Assembly: GCF_009914755.1 (NCBI RefSeq)
Contig: NC_060936.1
Length of the DNA: 64,000 nucleotides
Reading direction: 5' to 3' (one strand)
Source: the human T2T-CHM13v2.0 reference genome, Homo sapiens
The first letter of the stretch is position 1, and each line of letters starts with the position of its first letter. The notes under the pieces were generated by a model. The model was not told the DNA's origin, made no database searches, and saw only the letters and a program-made list of their open reading frames with translations. Positions 11,707-24,506 of this stretch are shown in pieces. The position numbers were made by a program, and so were the translations under genes.

Positions 11707-12432
11707 TGTGTGTGTGTCCGTGTGTGTGCATGAGTGTGCATGCATTTGCCTCTGTGTGCCTGTGTATCTGCATATGTGCATGTCTGTGTTGTCAGCACGC
11801 ATGCATGTGCATGTGTCCACGTGTTTCTGTGTGCATGTCTGTGTGCCCGTGTGTGCATGTATCTGTGTGTGCATGTGCCTGTGTCTGTGTGCATTGTCTC
11901 TGTGTGTGTTCATGCGTGTGCATGTGTCTGTCTGTGCCTGTGTGTATTTGTGTATGTGTCTATGTATGTCTGTGTGTGTGTTCACATGTGTGCATATCTC
12001 TGTGTTCATCTCTGTTTGTTCATGTGTGCATGTGTCTCTATATCTGTGTGCATCTATGTGTCTGTGTTTGTGTGTCCATGTGTGCATTTGTCTGTGTATC
12101 TGTGTACGAGTGTCTGTGTGTCTGTGTGTGCATGTCTGTGTTTGTGTGTTCATATGTGCATGTTTCTATGTATATATGTCTCTGTGTTCATGTGTGTTCA
12201 TGTCTGTGCATGTTCACATGTATGCATGTTTCTCTCCATGTGTCTCTGTGTGTGCATGTTTCTGTGTATGTATGTCTGTTCATGTGTGTGGTCTGTGCAT
12301 GTTCAAATGTGTGCATGTCTGTGTGTTCATATCTGCATTTGTTCATGTGTTCATGTGTCTATGTGTGTGTTTGTATGTATATCTGTGTGTGCATGTGCCT
12401 GTGTGTGTGTGTCTGTGTATGCACATGTGTGT
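11707..12432. repeat. Degenerate (TG)n/(TGCATG)n simple repeat, ~720 bp
   Basis: Alternating purine-pyrimidine tract; source of the Cys/Val/Met and His/Thr pseudo-ORFs. Confidence 0.95.
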
Positions 12433-13019
12433 AGGGGGATCTGGGGGGTTCTGGCTCTGAGCTTAGTACTCTATTCTTCAAATATCCGTTTCTTGGCATC
12501 GGGCATGACAGCCTATCCAGCTTGGAGGTTTTCTGCCCCTTGGCTGAGGCTGGGCGAGCCGAACACCCATTTCTCCTTTCTTTGTTGAGCCATTCTTTTC
12601 TTCCTCAGGATGTTTATCCCAGGAAATCCAGAGGATCAGAACCAGGCAGGACCCGGCACTGGGACGGAGGCAGCTGTCTGCGGGGCGTTTACCGTAGATA
12701 CGTATCACCTGTTCTGAGACAGAGCCTGGGAGGCTGTTTTTAATCATCCGGGAGGTGATTACTATGCAGCCAGTGTGATAAACCCTGGTCTGTTTTTGAT
12801 CAATAGCCATTCCCGTGTCCCTCCTGAAAATGCCGTATTCTTCTGCTTATAAAATGCAGGTTGTAAAATGTTTCCCGACGTTACGAGGACAGCTGCTGGA
12901 ATAATGATGCAGGTAGCTGGCACACACGCAGTGCAAAGGTTTCACCAGACATGGTCTTCTATGCCTATCACCTGGTCAATACGAGCAGCAGCCACGTTAA
13001 GGTGTAATACACACTGGCG

Positions 13020-13140
13020 TCATCTAACGTTCCATGTGAGGAAACTGAGGCACACAAAGGGCAACTGGCTTGCTCAAGGTCGCGTGAATGGCAAAGCGTG
13101 GATCTGGGATTCAAGCCCAGACAATTGGGCTCCAGAATTG
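13020..13140 (+). mobile_element. MIR fragment
   Basis: tgaggaaactgaggcacacaaagg...ctgggattcaagcccagac. Confidence 0.65.
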
Positions 13141-13438
13141 ACTTTATTAGTCATGATCACTCCAGAGAAAACATCAAGCACTTTTCATTACATGTTTAAT
13201 GAAAATGATGTTAAAGTGGTTTTGTAGGAGAAAACATTTCATTCATGTAAATACATTTTACTGCATTCTAAAATCTAGCAGGAAAAGATGTGGCCTAACT
13301 ACCGTCAAGATCTGGGTACATTTCATTGGAAATACAAGCACATTGGACATGGGAAAATACTGGGGAACTTTACATGGAAGAGAATGCATCTGATAGTCTG
13401 GCGCACTAGCATTTGCTGGATTTTTAGGACATATGGGA

Positions 13439-13745
13439 GGCCGGGTGCGGTGACCTCCCCCAGCAATCCCAGCAATTGGGGAGGCTGAGGCCGGTGGATT
13501 GCTCGAGCCCAGGAGTCCAAGACTAGCCCGGGCAATATGGTAAAACCTCATCTCTATGAAAAAAAATACAAAAAATTAGCCGGGTGTGGTGGTGCACAGC
13601 TGTAGTCTCAGCTACGTGGGAGGTTGAGGTGGGAGAATCACCTGAGCCTGGGGAAGTCAAGGCTGCAGTGAGCCGAGATTGCACCACTGCACTCCAGCCT
13701 GGGTAACAGAGTGAGACCCTGTCTCAACAAACAAAACACAAAAAT
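13439..13745 (+). mobile_element. Alu, probably AluJ
   Basis: Full dimer ggccgggtgcggtg...gagcccaggag...gtgagaccctgtctc plus A-rich tail, with J-type diagnostics. Confidence 0.9.
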
Positions 13746-13794
13746 ATATATATGCTGAATGCTCAGTGAGCTGTAACATGTGAGGCAGCCCCCA

Positions 13795-14350
13795 GGGGTG
13801 CCGAGATGAACCGCTAAGAAGGCGTATGTTCCCACGGGGTGCAGAGATGAACCCCTGTCTGAGAAGGCGCATGTACCCATGGGGTGCAGCGATGAACCCC
13901 TGTCTTGAGAAGCCGCATGTACCCACGGGGGTGCAGAGATGAACCTCTGGGAAGGCGCATGTACCCACAGGGTGCAGAGATGAACCCCTGTCTGAGAAGA
14001 CGCATGTACCCACGGGGGTGCAGAGATGAACCTCTGGGAAGGCGCATGTACCCACAGGGTGCAGAGATGAACCCCTGTCTGAGAAGACGCATGTACCCAC
14101 GGGGGTGCAGAGATGAACCTCTGGGAAGGCGCATGTACCCACAGGGTGCAGAGATGAACCCCTGTCTGAGAAGGTGCATGTACCCACGGGGTGCAGAGAT
14201 GAACCCGTCTGAGAAGGCACATGTACCCACGGGGTGCAGAGATGAACCCCTGAGAAGGCGCATGTACCCACGGGGTGCAGAGATGAACCCAACTGAGAAG
14301 GAGCATGTACCCACGGGGTGCAGAGATGAACCTGTCTGAGAAGGCGCACA
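13795..14350. repeat. Minisatellite of 42-45 bp units (~13 copies) with an internal 87-bp higher-order dimer
   Basis: gaagacgcatgtacccacgggggtgcagagatgaacctctgg (42) alternates with gaaggcgcatgtacccacagggtgcagagatgaacccctgtctga (45). Confidence 0.92.
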
Positions 14351-16411
14351 CACCCACAGCTGCCCCTCATCTTAGCACCACAGTGCCAGCCCCACCCTGT
14401 CTTTGATAAGCCCTGGCCTTCCAGGGCCTCCCTCAGAGAACCAGCCCCTGCGGAGTCCCTGAACGTAGCTGCGGTCTGGGGTGCCGACCCTCGGCACTGG
14501 GAGAAACCCTCACCAGTAGCATCACCCCCCAGTGAGCCAAGATCGCACCACGGCAGCATCACTGGGGAGGGAGTCACGTGGTTGTCACTGCAGAACTCTG
14601 GAGAGGCAGGCTCTTGCGTGGGTGGGGGCCATGGAGGACGCAGCGTGGGATTTAAAATGAGCCCAGTGAAGGGAAATGCTGGTTCTTCAATGTCCATGAG
14701 CTCAAGCCCTGTGGGAGGTGTAGCCTCGATTATTTTGCACAGATCTGAACAGCATTCACCCCCAGTTGGATATGGCCCTTTCCTCGAAGCACAGATTGGA
14801 ACTCAAGGTCACTGAAGTGCTTTCTGGCCGCATCATGGAGAGAAAGGCATTTTCTCACTCAGGCATCACCCCGGGAACGTGGCGTGCCATGTTTTAGCAT
14901 CTAAGTGTGTCCCCCGAGGAGGCAGGGTTATGCCGTAATCACAAGCAAACCCCAAACCTCAACGGCATAAACGACACAGGGTAATTTATCATGGGATTGC
15001 GTGTCCACCTGGGTCCCCGCGGAGCTCTGTTGACTGGAGTCGCTCGGAGCCCCCGGCGCGAATGCTGGATGGCTGGGCGGGGAGGAGCGCTCAGGGGCTT
15101 CACGCTGTCAACACCCCACTCCGAAGTGACTCCCGCTGCTTCCAGCAGTCACCTGCTGGACAGAGACCGTCACACGGGCCCCTTCACGCAGTGGGGTGGG
15201 AAGGGAGATCCTACCGCGTACCTGGAAGACGGGAGAACAGGGGTGTTTCGGTGAGTAGTGCTCTCTCTCAGTCCGCACGGCAGCCTTCCAGCAAATCGGG
15301 ATTTTATGCCAAACTCGCCCCACGCCCCCAAATGCCAGGTTCCCCGGGGTAGCAACGAATGACACGTTGTCCAATCAGACTTCAGTGTAACCATGTCACA
15401 GAAGACATGACTAAAGCAAAACAGGACTGGGTGGGGCGCATTTTGGTTTTGACGAGGTTGGGTCTGGGTCTCTGCTTCCCTCTCCTGGGCCAAGATCCTC
15501 TGGGCGTGGAGTTCAGGAATGAGGGTGGGACCTTCCCCAGGAGACCCAAGTATGGGCAGCGGTTGCTGGGACCAAGTCCTCACTGAGAGTGACTTCGACA
15601 AACATCCATTGGCAGCTCCAGCTTAGGCCCAGGAGACAAAGTGGGGGTCACTGACACCCCGGATTTTTTTTTTAATGACTGAGTCATGATTTGAACACTG
15701 GTCTGTTGGATTTCAAGATCTGTGATTTTCTCACTGAACACGCTAACTCCTGGGACAGCAGAGAGTTCCTTAGATTGGACCTAATAACACACTGATCCCC
15801 TCCCCTCCTGCTTTTCTGTATTTTTTAAAAATTATTTTGTTTTTAATTCACAAATATTGTATATGTTATATGGGGTAGAATGTGATGTTGATATATGTTT
15901 AAAATGTGGAATGATTAAATCAGGCTAATTTACTTTTTTTTCCTAAAAGGACCTTGGCTTCAGAATTAACTTTAATTTTCATTCCACTTTGCTTATATGG
16001 CCTTGGCAAGATCAGTCCTTGTAGCACGGCCGGGACTTAAGCTCTGAACCACCAGTGAGGAGGTCGTTGGTCTGAGCCTGCTTTTCCAAGTCCTATCTTC
16101 CCTTCTTGGGTTCAGACAGCAGATCCGACTGTAAGTGGCTTTAAAGAGACAGCAGACATGTTTGTGGCAGTTTATTCATTGCCCCTGGATGCCACCCTTG
16201 CATGCCCCCTATGTGACAGCTAGCGGCCCACAGCCCATTAACCCTGCAGATGGGCACAGCAGGCCTCAGGGAGGTGATGTGGGTTCAGTGTGCCGAAGAT
16301 GAAGAGATGCAGGGGACTCAAACCCACTGGCCGAGGCACCACCCGTTTCTCCAGGCAAAGAGGTGAGTCCCAACCAGTGAAGAGAAGGGAGAAGTGGTGC
16401 CAGGGCGAGAA

Positions 16412-16900
16412 CGTGTGTGTGCCTGTGTGTGTGCCTGTGTGTGCTTGTGTGTGTGTGCATGTGTGTGTGCACATGAGCTTCTGTATGTCTGCAGCTGCAC
16501 ATGTACATATATGTGCATGTGTGCATGTGTGCCTGAGTATGTGTGCATGTGCACCTTTGTGTGCCTCAGTATGTACACGTGTGTGCATGCATGCATGTGC
16601 ATTGTGCTTGTGTGTGTGCATGAGCCTGTCTCTGCCTGCACATGTGCGCCTAAGCATGTACCCGTGTGTGCATGCATGTGTGTGCATGTCTTTGTGTGCC
16701 TAAGTATGTACACGTGTGCATGCATGTGTGTGCATGTGTGTGTGCGTGTGTGCCTGTGTGCCTATGTACGTGTACCTCTGTGTGTGCCTGCACATGGACA
16801 CGCATGTGTGTGCATGTGTTTGCCTGAGTATGTACATGTGTGTGCATGCATGCCTCTGTGTATGACTATGTACATGTGTGCATGCCTGTGTGTGTGTGAG
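16412..16900. repeat. Degenerate (TG)n/(TGCATG)n simple repeat
   Basis: Directly visible; followed by a short GA-rich stretch. Confidence 0.95.
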
Positions 16901-17723
16901 AGAGGGAGAGAGGGAGTGAAGGAGGGAAAAAGAGAAAAAGGGAGAGAGGAAGATGGAATGGGGATAGAAGGGAGTTATAATAAAAATGGAGGACTTTGGG
17001 TGCATTTTCTGCTATTTTTTTCTCCCGAAAACGCTGTAAAGGGGTTATATAATTTGAGTGTCCTCAGTGCTGAAATTGCGTTTACCCCTTGGGTCCTAAC
17101 CCAGCTTTGTGACGACTGTGGTGCGATCCCGGTTCCCTGGCAGTACTTGTCAACAGGGTCAAATGCCTGTTCCTTGCCGGTCTCTTCTGTGGAACAAAAC
17201 CCTCACCTAGGAGGGTTTCAGGTTTTGCCTTAATTTTTATCAAATCTGTAGAGGATATTTCTGCGCCAGATACTGCTCCAGACACTTTTCAAAAATGCAT
17301 TCTCTGCAGCTTCAGAGCAGCCCTTTGCGAGGGGGCATCCGTGCCATGCCCGTGGTATAGATGGGGAAGCAGAGGCAGCTGGAGTTTCCATAACTGGCCT
17401 GAGGCCGCGCAGTTACAGGAGATGGGGCTGGGGCTCTGCCCGGGCAGTCTGGCTGCAGAGTCCAGCTTTTAAGCTCGTCTCTAAGCTGCCTCTGCTGCCA
17501 ATGAACCATCATAAAATAGATTTTTTTTTTTTTATCCTACAAAGGGTTCATTTTTCCTGTTTCCTTCTGGCCCATAATGTGGATAACTTGCCCCTTCAGC
17601 ACAAGTTGGTGAACAATTCATCCACCAGCATATTCAAACCACGGCCAACCAGTGGCTGAAAACAACAGCAAGCAGCCGCCTAGCACAGGGATCTGTCCGT
17701 GGGCTGGACGCGACAGGGAGGAC

Positions 17724-17809
17724 TCGGCTCTGCGCCTGGGGCCCGGGACCCCGACTGGAGGTGGGGTCGGCTCTGCTCCTGGGGCCCGGGACCCCGACTG
17801 GCAGTGGGG
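17724..17809. repeat. 43-bp tandem duplication
   Basis: tcggctctgc(g/t)cctggggcccgggaccccgactgg..gtgggg occurs twice. Confidence 0.8.
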
Positions 17810-18840
17810 GCTGGAGGAAGCTGTGCTCATCGGATGGCTTGGCACTCACGCGTCTGAGGGTTGTGGCTGGCCTTGGCAGAGGCCCGCTCCTGGCAGTGGC
17901 TGAGCTGTCGGAATCCAGCACCCTCCCCTCCACATGGCCTGAGCTTCCTCACAGCATGGCTGCCAGGTTCCAAGCTCCAGCCCTGGGAGAGACGGCCAAG
18001 CGGGAGCTGCATCATGCTCCCACATTTCCTGTTCTTGATTTGCCCCCACTGGGCACTGTAGCCTTCCTGCCAACGCAGCTCTCAGGAGTACGGCTGCTGC
18101 ATGCCAAGGCATTTCCCCACATGGCCCTCCTGTGTGCTGTAAATGCCTTCAGCTCCTCAATGGAACGCACGTGTGGTGAGCACTGCTTCCTCGGTGTAAA
18201 TGCTCCCATCATAGCTGGTTTCAAGCCGACAGTGCAACCACTGAGTCCAGAGTCAGGAACAACGGCTCTGCACACTGGTGGGAATCCACCCCGGCTTGCG
18301 CCTGCGCCCCGGCCGTGGCTCTGTGGAGCTCTCCGTCCCAGGGAACCTTCTCCTGGCTTTCGTGTCCTGCCCCTTCCCAGATTTCCCCACCCCTCTGGCT
18401 GTGCCTTCTGTGCCTTCCCCGCCAGCCCTGATGTGGGCACGGCTCACGCCCAGCACTCCTCAGCGCTTCCTTCCTTCCCAATTCCGCCCATGATTTCCCC
18501 CACGCCTGCTCCGTTTCTGAGTGCAGGCCACTCCCAGGTTGACACCTGCGTTCCATGTTGCACGGCTCAGCATGTGGGCTTGGACAGTGGGAGATGCGGC
18601 TTTCCATGAACAGCCCCAGTGTGTGGTCCGGCGAGTGGCGAGGCAGCTCTGTGGTGGCCAGGACCAAACCCAGGGTCTTGCTGTTCTACCACCCTCCACC
18701 CAGATCTGAAGCTCAGAGCTAAAAGTGACATTGTGCCTTCTGGCCAGTGGGAAGGAGTTAGGAGAGAAGAGGGAGGGACCTGCTTCGCGTTGAGGGCATG
18801 GGCAGGAAGCACAGGCTTCACTCCCCCTCCACAGCCAGGC

Positions 18841-18990
18841 GTGCGGGTGACGTGGCGACGTGTGGGTGACGTGGCGACCTGTGGGTGACGTGGCGGCATG
18901 CGGGTGACGTGACGACCTGTGGGTGATGTGGTGGCGTGCGGGTGACATGGCGACCTGCAGGTGACGTGGCGACCTGCAGGTGACGTGGCA
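18841..18990. repeat. 19-bp minisatellite x8, each unit with a TGACGTGG-type core
   Basis: Cores start at 18848, 18867, 18886, 18905, 18924, 18943, 18962 and 18981. Confidence 0.9.
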
Positions 18991-19082
18991 TCCTGGGCAT
19001 GGGGAAAGTGGGAAGCATCGGCCTCGGCTGAGCAGCTGCGGCCGCCCGTCCCTGTGTGAGCAGGAGAATGGCTCACGGTTTG

Positions 19083-19440
19083 CGTGTCAGGGTTCTCCTG
19101 AGGAACAGTCACTGGACATGTGCAGATGTGAAGGCAGCTCATTCTCAGGAATGGCCCACGGGATGACAGAGCCTGAAAAACCCCAGATCTACAGGGAAGA
19201 CCCTCAGGCTGGAGACCTGGGAAGAGCCCGTGCTGCCGTTCAGGTCCAAAGGCCAACTGCCAAGGAGGCCCCCAAGTCAGGGAGGGAAATCGGTGCGGCT
19301 CACAGTCCACGATTTAAATGTCAGTCTCATCCAAAAACACCCTCGCAGAAAACACCCTCATGGAAGCATCCAGAGAAACGTCTGGCCAAATGTCTGGACC
19401 CTGCGGCCCAGCCAAGTCTACACATAAAATTCACCACAGG
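19083..19440 (-). mobile_element. ERVL MLT2-type LTR relic
   Basis: gtcagggttctcctgaggaac at the left end and cccagccaagtctacacataaaattcaccaca at the right end match MLT2 termini in reverse. Confidence 0.6.
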
Positions 19441-21249
19441 CCACACAGACGCCTCTCTGGGTGGTGCCGACTGTGGCGGCCTTCACAGTTCTCTTGGGCT
19501 AGAACTTCCCGTCCACAGGCAGAGCCTCCCAGCAGGTCCACGGCCCACACACCATAGCCCCACAACTGTCATCCTGGGTGCAGGGCTTGGTCCACAGGAA
19601 CATGTGCACCAGCAGACCCCACGAGGCCGCCCACGCGTGTGCTGTCCCTGAGCGAGACACGCTAGACCACGACCTCACAGCCGCTGCCGTGCCTGTCACG
19701 TGGAGAAGCAGGCTGAGGGCACAGAGACAGAGCCGGCCCTCCCCAGAGGAGACCTCGGATCTGGAGAGAACAGGGGTGAGGGGCCGGCGGGTGACAGGTT
19801 TCATTTCTGGCTCCAAGGAGGAGGGTTGCTGTTGCCTCCGACTTCCCAGAAGTGGCACGAACAAAATCCTCCTCTCCCTTAAGCTGGGTTGAGCTGGGTC
19901 CGCATCGATGCAGCTGTGTGTGTCCGGCTGTCCCCATGCGGCGTCCTGAGTGAACATCATGTTCTGCTTAGGAGGGACGTGTCGCCTGGGCAGCATTGCC
20001 TCACAGGCAGGATGCTTCCTCCTTCACCAGGTCCGCCTCCTGACAAGATGCATGGCCGGGGCCCAGGAGCGCCGCGTGGCCGAAGTTTAGGTCCCTTCTG
20101 CGGCAAGTCTTGCTCTCCCCGTCAGCTCCTTGGACGTCCCTCCCTGTCACAGCAGGTTAAAGTGGGCTCTGATGCGACCGCTGGTGTCCTTGTAGCAAGA
20201 GAGAAGTTTGGGCATGGACACACAGAGGGAGAAGGCCGCGCAGAGACCGGGGCAGAGGCTGCGGCGAGGTGGGGCCGGGAGGGCATGGCGCATCCTTCCC
20301 AGCTGAAGGCCGGCTGCCTCCGGTGGGCCTCGCCGGCAGGGCTGGAGAAAGGTATCAGCCGGATCAACGGCTGCACAGCCGGCACCACGGTGAGTGGATC
20401 CGCTCGCAGCGAAGCCACACCTGGCACAGCAGCTGCAGTTGGAGGCCCCACCTGGGCCAGCCTCCGGCGCCCACTGCTTCCCCAGGACACATCTGTCTTC
20501 TGCGCAGGCCAGAGGCTGAGCCGAATGGGGCTGGGGGTGGGTCACCACCCCTGCATCTTCCAAGGGCCTGGTGAGGACACCAAGCTCTGCGGCCCCTCGG
20601 CCATGTGGTCTTGCTTTTGATTTATGGCTTTTTTCAAAAGGTAGAATGAGCTCTGATGTCTCCCACCAGCATCTCCCTCCACCCAGCCCTCACGTCGCAG
20701 GGCAGGGAGCGGACGTGGAGTCTGCCAGCTCTAGTGTGTCTGCTCCAGTTGCACACCTGGAGCGGGGAAATGGCCCTGGGGTGCATCCCGGGACCCACTG
20801 GGCCTGTGGTGTCAAACCTGAGCTAAAATGGCACGGCCACCTGCCCTCCATAAGCCCCTTTCTAACTGGAGGGCCGCAGTGATGCTTTGGGGCTCCCAGA
20901 ACCAACGTCAGTTCAGAGCCTTCAGAGCCCGTGTCCAGGAGTCCCCGAAAGGTCTAGTTCGGACCCGGTCACTGAGGCAGAAGCCCCACAGGTCCCGTTG
21001 GGCAGGGCGGGGAAGAGGAGCCCACACTTTTGGGGGGCCCAGGGCCCTTCCTGAGGGGGTTTGGTCTGTAAACCGCTCGCATCTGAGAACCTGAGACCTG
21101 CTGGAGGGGCCGAGACTGGTTTGATGACTGCGCTAGACTTTTGTTCACCTAAAACCTTCCTGTTTATGTCGATTAGGTAAAGATTTGGGAGGCCTCCCCT
21201 CGGTCCTTGGAAGGAGTGCGGTGGTGGGTCGCCGATGCCGCGGGTCCAC

Positions 21250-21585
21250 CATGTCCCCTCACCTTCAGCTTCACTCCAGTTTCTGTCACTCACAGTCAAC
21301 TGCAGCCAAGAATACAAAAGTCCAGGAGGAAGTCACTCACAGGTTTTAAATCGTGCTGTTCTGAGCAGCGTGATGAACCCTCGCACCGCCGGGTTCTGTC
21401 CTGCCTGGGCCGGGCACCCTCCCTGCGTCCAGCGTCTCCATGCTGCGCACACTGCCAGCCCGCGCGGGGTCACTCTACAGGAAAATGCATCGCGTATGAG
21501 ACTCGGAACCACCTGGGGCTTTGGACATTCACTGGGGGTCTTGGAAATAGCCCCCACCCGCCATGATGAGGGGGACGACCGTGCA
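21250..21585 (+). mobile_element. MER44-like (TcMar-Tigger) non-autonomous DNA transposon
   Basis: ttttaaatcgtgctgttctgagcagcgtgatgaa and cactgggggtcttggaa...gagggggacgac match recalled MER44A. Confidence 0.6.
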
Positions 21586-23904
21586 CGCATGAGGCTACCC
21601 TGACTGCCACTCGGCCTGGCCGTCCACGTGGACACACCTCCCGCCCTCCCTTGGCAGTGGGTGAGTTCCGCCTACGGCTCTGCCTCCCGGGATCCGTTCA
21701 TCCCGTGGTGCTCCTGCTTCCCGAGGCAGTGACCGCGTTTCCCACCAGAAGGTCTGCCCTGCAGAAGGAGCCGTCACGGAGCCCTCCCAGGTGTGAGGCC
21801 CCCACCAATGTGTTTCTCCCAGCCGTGGTGACAGCCTTGTCCCCGGGCCCCTTCTGGGGTGGCCGGCAGGTCTAACGACAGGTCCGGCCTGACACTGCAG
21901 CCTCCCTGGGCCTCTGGATTCTTCCCTCCAGTTACACCAAGGCAGGTGCGCCATTTCCAGCCCTCTCACTGGGCCACCGTGGGGCCTGTGTTCCACACAG
22001 CCAGACAAACAGCTCGCACCAATCCTGGCCCCCGGCTGCGGCATTCAGCACAGCAGCTCTGCGTAGCGAGCCCACTTCCAGAGTCAGCCCGATGCTGCGT
22101 TCTGTTCCTCCATTACCCACACCCTTAATATCCACCCCGCATGCTCACCCTGGCCCCTGATCCCTGGAACATGCTGGAGCTCCGAGACGAACCCTCCTTC
22201 CCGTGCCTGATTCCTGGCATCTCAGCCTTTGCCTGCTGTGGACCGTGTGTGCTCCAGCATGTGGATGAGCTGCTCAGAGCTGTGCAGTGTGTAGACATGG
22301 GCTCTGAGCACTTGGGGGTCTCCCCGAGGAGGGAGGACCAGCCACAGGCAGCTGACGAGCATGTGGGAGGCTGACGGAGGCAGAGTGGAGCGCCGACATC
22401 TGACTTGGGGTTGGGGGACCCAGGCAGGGACTGGAGGAGGGTGGGGGTAAAACATTGGGGGAGGGTGGGGGAGGACCTGCTGGAGGCTTCCGCTGGGCTG
22501 GGGCTGGGGGTGACCTGAGGGGTTCCCAGGAGCTCGGGTGGGACCGAGAGTCCCGGCACAGTCACCAGGGCTGTCAGTTCCGTGTGGTCGGCTGGTGTCT
22601 GGGCGCAGGCGCCTCCCGGGCCAAGTGTGTGCAGATGAGACTGTTACACAGAGCAGCCCCAGGCGCGTGCCTGGCACCACGACAGCTGTGCGGGCCAGAC
22701 AGGGCCTCCCGCAGCCTCTCCAGGGCAACCACGCACAGCACACGTGGCAGGCAGCCTCCTCCTCCCGCTTGACGCCTCCCATGCCCCTCCCTGTAGCTGG
22801 TCGCAAAGTCCAGGAAACACCTGCCCGGTTTTCTGTCCTGTGGGTGGCTGAGACCCCGGCATTGGACCCGTGAGGCGACCTGTCTGAATGCAGAAGACAC
22901 ACAGGCCCACAGTCCTGGCCACGCCCCGAGAAACCCGCTGCTTTCCCCTGGGGACTATTGACCGGCCGCCTCTGTGGCCAGGCATAGGCCAGGGAGTGCA
23001 GAGAGGCCCGTCCCCCACTGCAAGCCTGGGATGCAGCGACCTCACCGCAGAGCAGAAAGGCCTCACTGCAGTGGGCGCCCGGGGCCAGGATTTGGCTATG
23101 CCCGGGGCAGGTATGACAAAGGGGGCCACGTACACGGCGTTGTCTCTCGCTGTCCTGCTCCGTGCACCACTTTGGTCCAATCAAATCCCACGGGGTGGGG
23201 AATGGGAAAACACCAGAAATGATTTTCTTTGCATGTACAAAAGAGCCATGACTTTTGTTGCCCTAAAAATGAATTCATGGAACAAAGACAGTGCAGGAAG
23301 CAGGTGTCCTCTGATGCACCGGGCCACCCGCCTTCCCAAACCCAGCCTGCCTTCCCCTTCTCCGTGACCTCCCTCGCGGTGGAGGCTTGGAGGGAGCTGC
23401 TCACTGAGCCTACCTCTGCGCACACCCAGCTGCCACCTCACCTTCCCCTTCGCCCTGGCTCAATCCCAGGCCTCGGTTTGCAGATGCGGCTCCGTCCTCC
23501 CCTCCCAGCCCAGAGGATTCCAGCTGGGAAGGGCAGCGAGGCCGGCAGTGTCCCCTCAGGAGAGTCCTGCCCTCTGCAGGTGATTCCCTGGTGGCCACAG
23601 GAGTCACTGCATCCCTCCGTCCCTGCTCCACCCTCAGCCCCTTGAGAGGAGAGAGGCCTGGGGGTCACCGTCTCCCCTGCCCACCTGCTCTCAGCTCGGG
23701 TTCCTGCCTGTCCTTCCCAGTGGCTCCTCCGAGGAAGAGGTCTGTGGCCACCTCCCCCCTAGGCCCTGGGAACAGGAAGCTGAACTTGCTGTGAAATTAT
23801 CTCCTGCCACTCAACTGCTTCCCCCTCAGCAAGGCCCCGCCCTCAGGAGAGAAAGCACAGGAGACGCTGGAGTGCTGTGAAGGAGACTGGGGTACGGGGA
23901 CCCT

Positions 23905-24506
23905 GTGTGTGCACATGTATCTGTGTGTGTGCATGTGTGTGTACAAGTATGTGCACTGAGTGTGCACGTGTGTCTGTGTGCTCATGTATGCATGTATAAG
24001 TGTGTGCAAAGTGTGTGCATGTGTGTATGTGTCTGTGGGCGTGTGTATACACACATGTGCATATGTGAAAATGCACGTGTGCATTGTGAAGTGTGTGCAT
24101 GGGTGTGCAAGTGTGTGAATGTATGTGTACACACGTGTGTGAGCTTGTATATACAAGTGCATGCATGTGTGTATAAGCACGTGTGCACATGTGCATGTGC
24201 AGATGTGTGCATAAGTGTGAGCATGTGTGTATACGTGTCTTTACGTGTATGCATGTGTGTACAAGTGCATGCATGTGTGTACAAGCATGTGTGCACGTGA
24301 ATCTGCATGTTTACAAGTGTGTGCATGCAAAATGTGTGCGTGTGTGCATGTGTGCACATGTGTGTACAAGCGTGAGTGCAGATGCATCTGTGCACACATG
24401 CATGAGTACGTGCATGTGCACAAGCATGTTCGTGTCTGTGTGTGCATGTGTATGTGAGTGCTATGGTGAGTGTGCGTGTATGTGTGTATGTGTGAGTGTG
24501 TGTGTA
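23905..24506. repeat. Degenerate (TG)n/(TGCATG)n simple repeat
   Basis: Directly visible. Confidence 0.95.

Noticed and set aside
11553-12588. Cys/Val-rich 'metallothionein-like' ORFs (also 16.2-17.2 kb and 23.8-25.1 kb)
   Set aside because: Translations of TG/CATG repeats.
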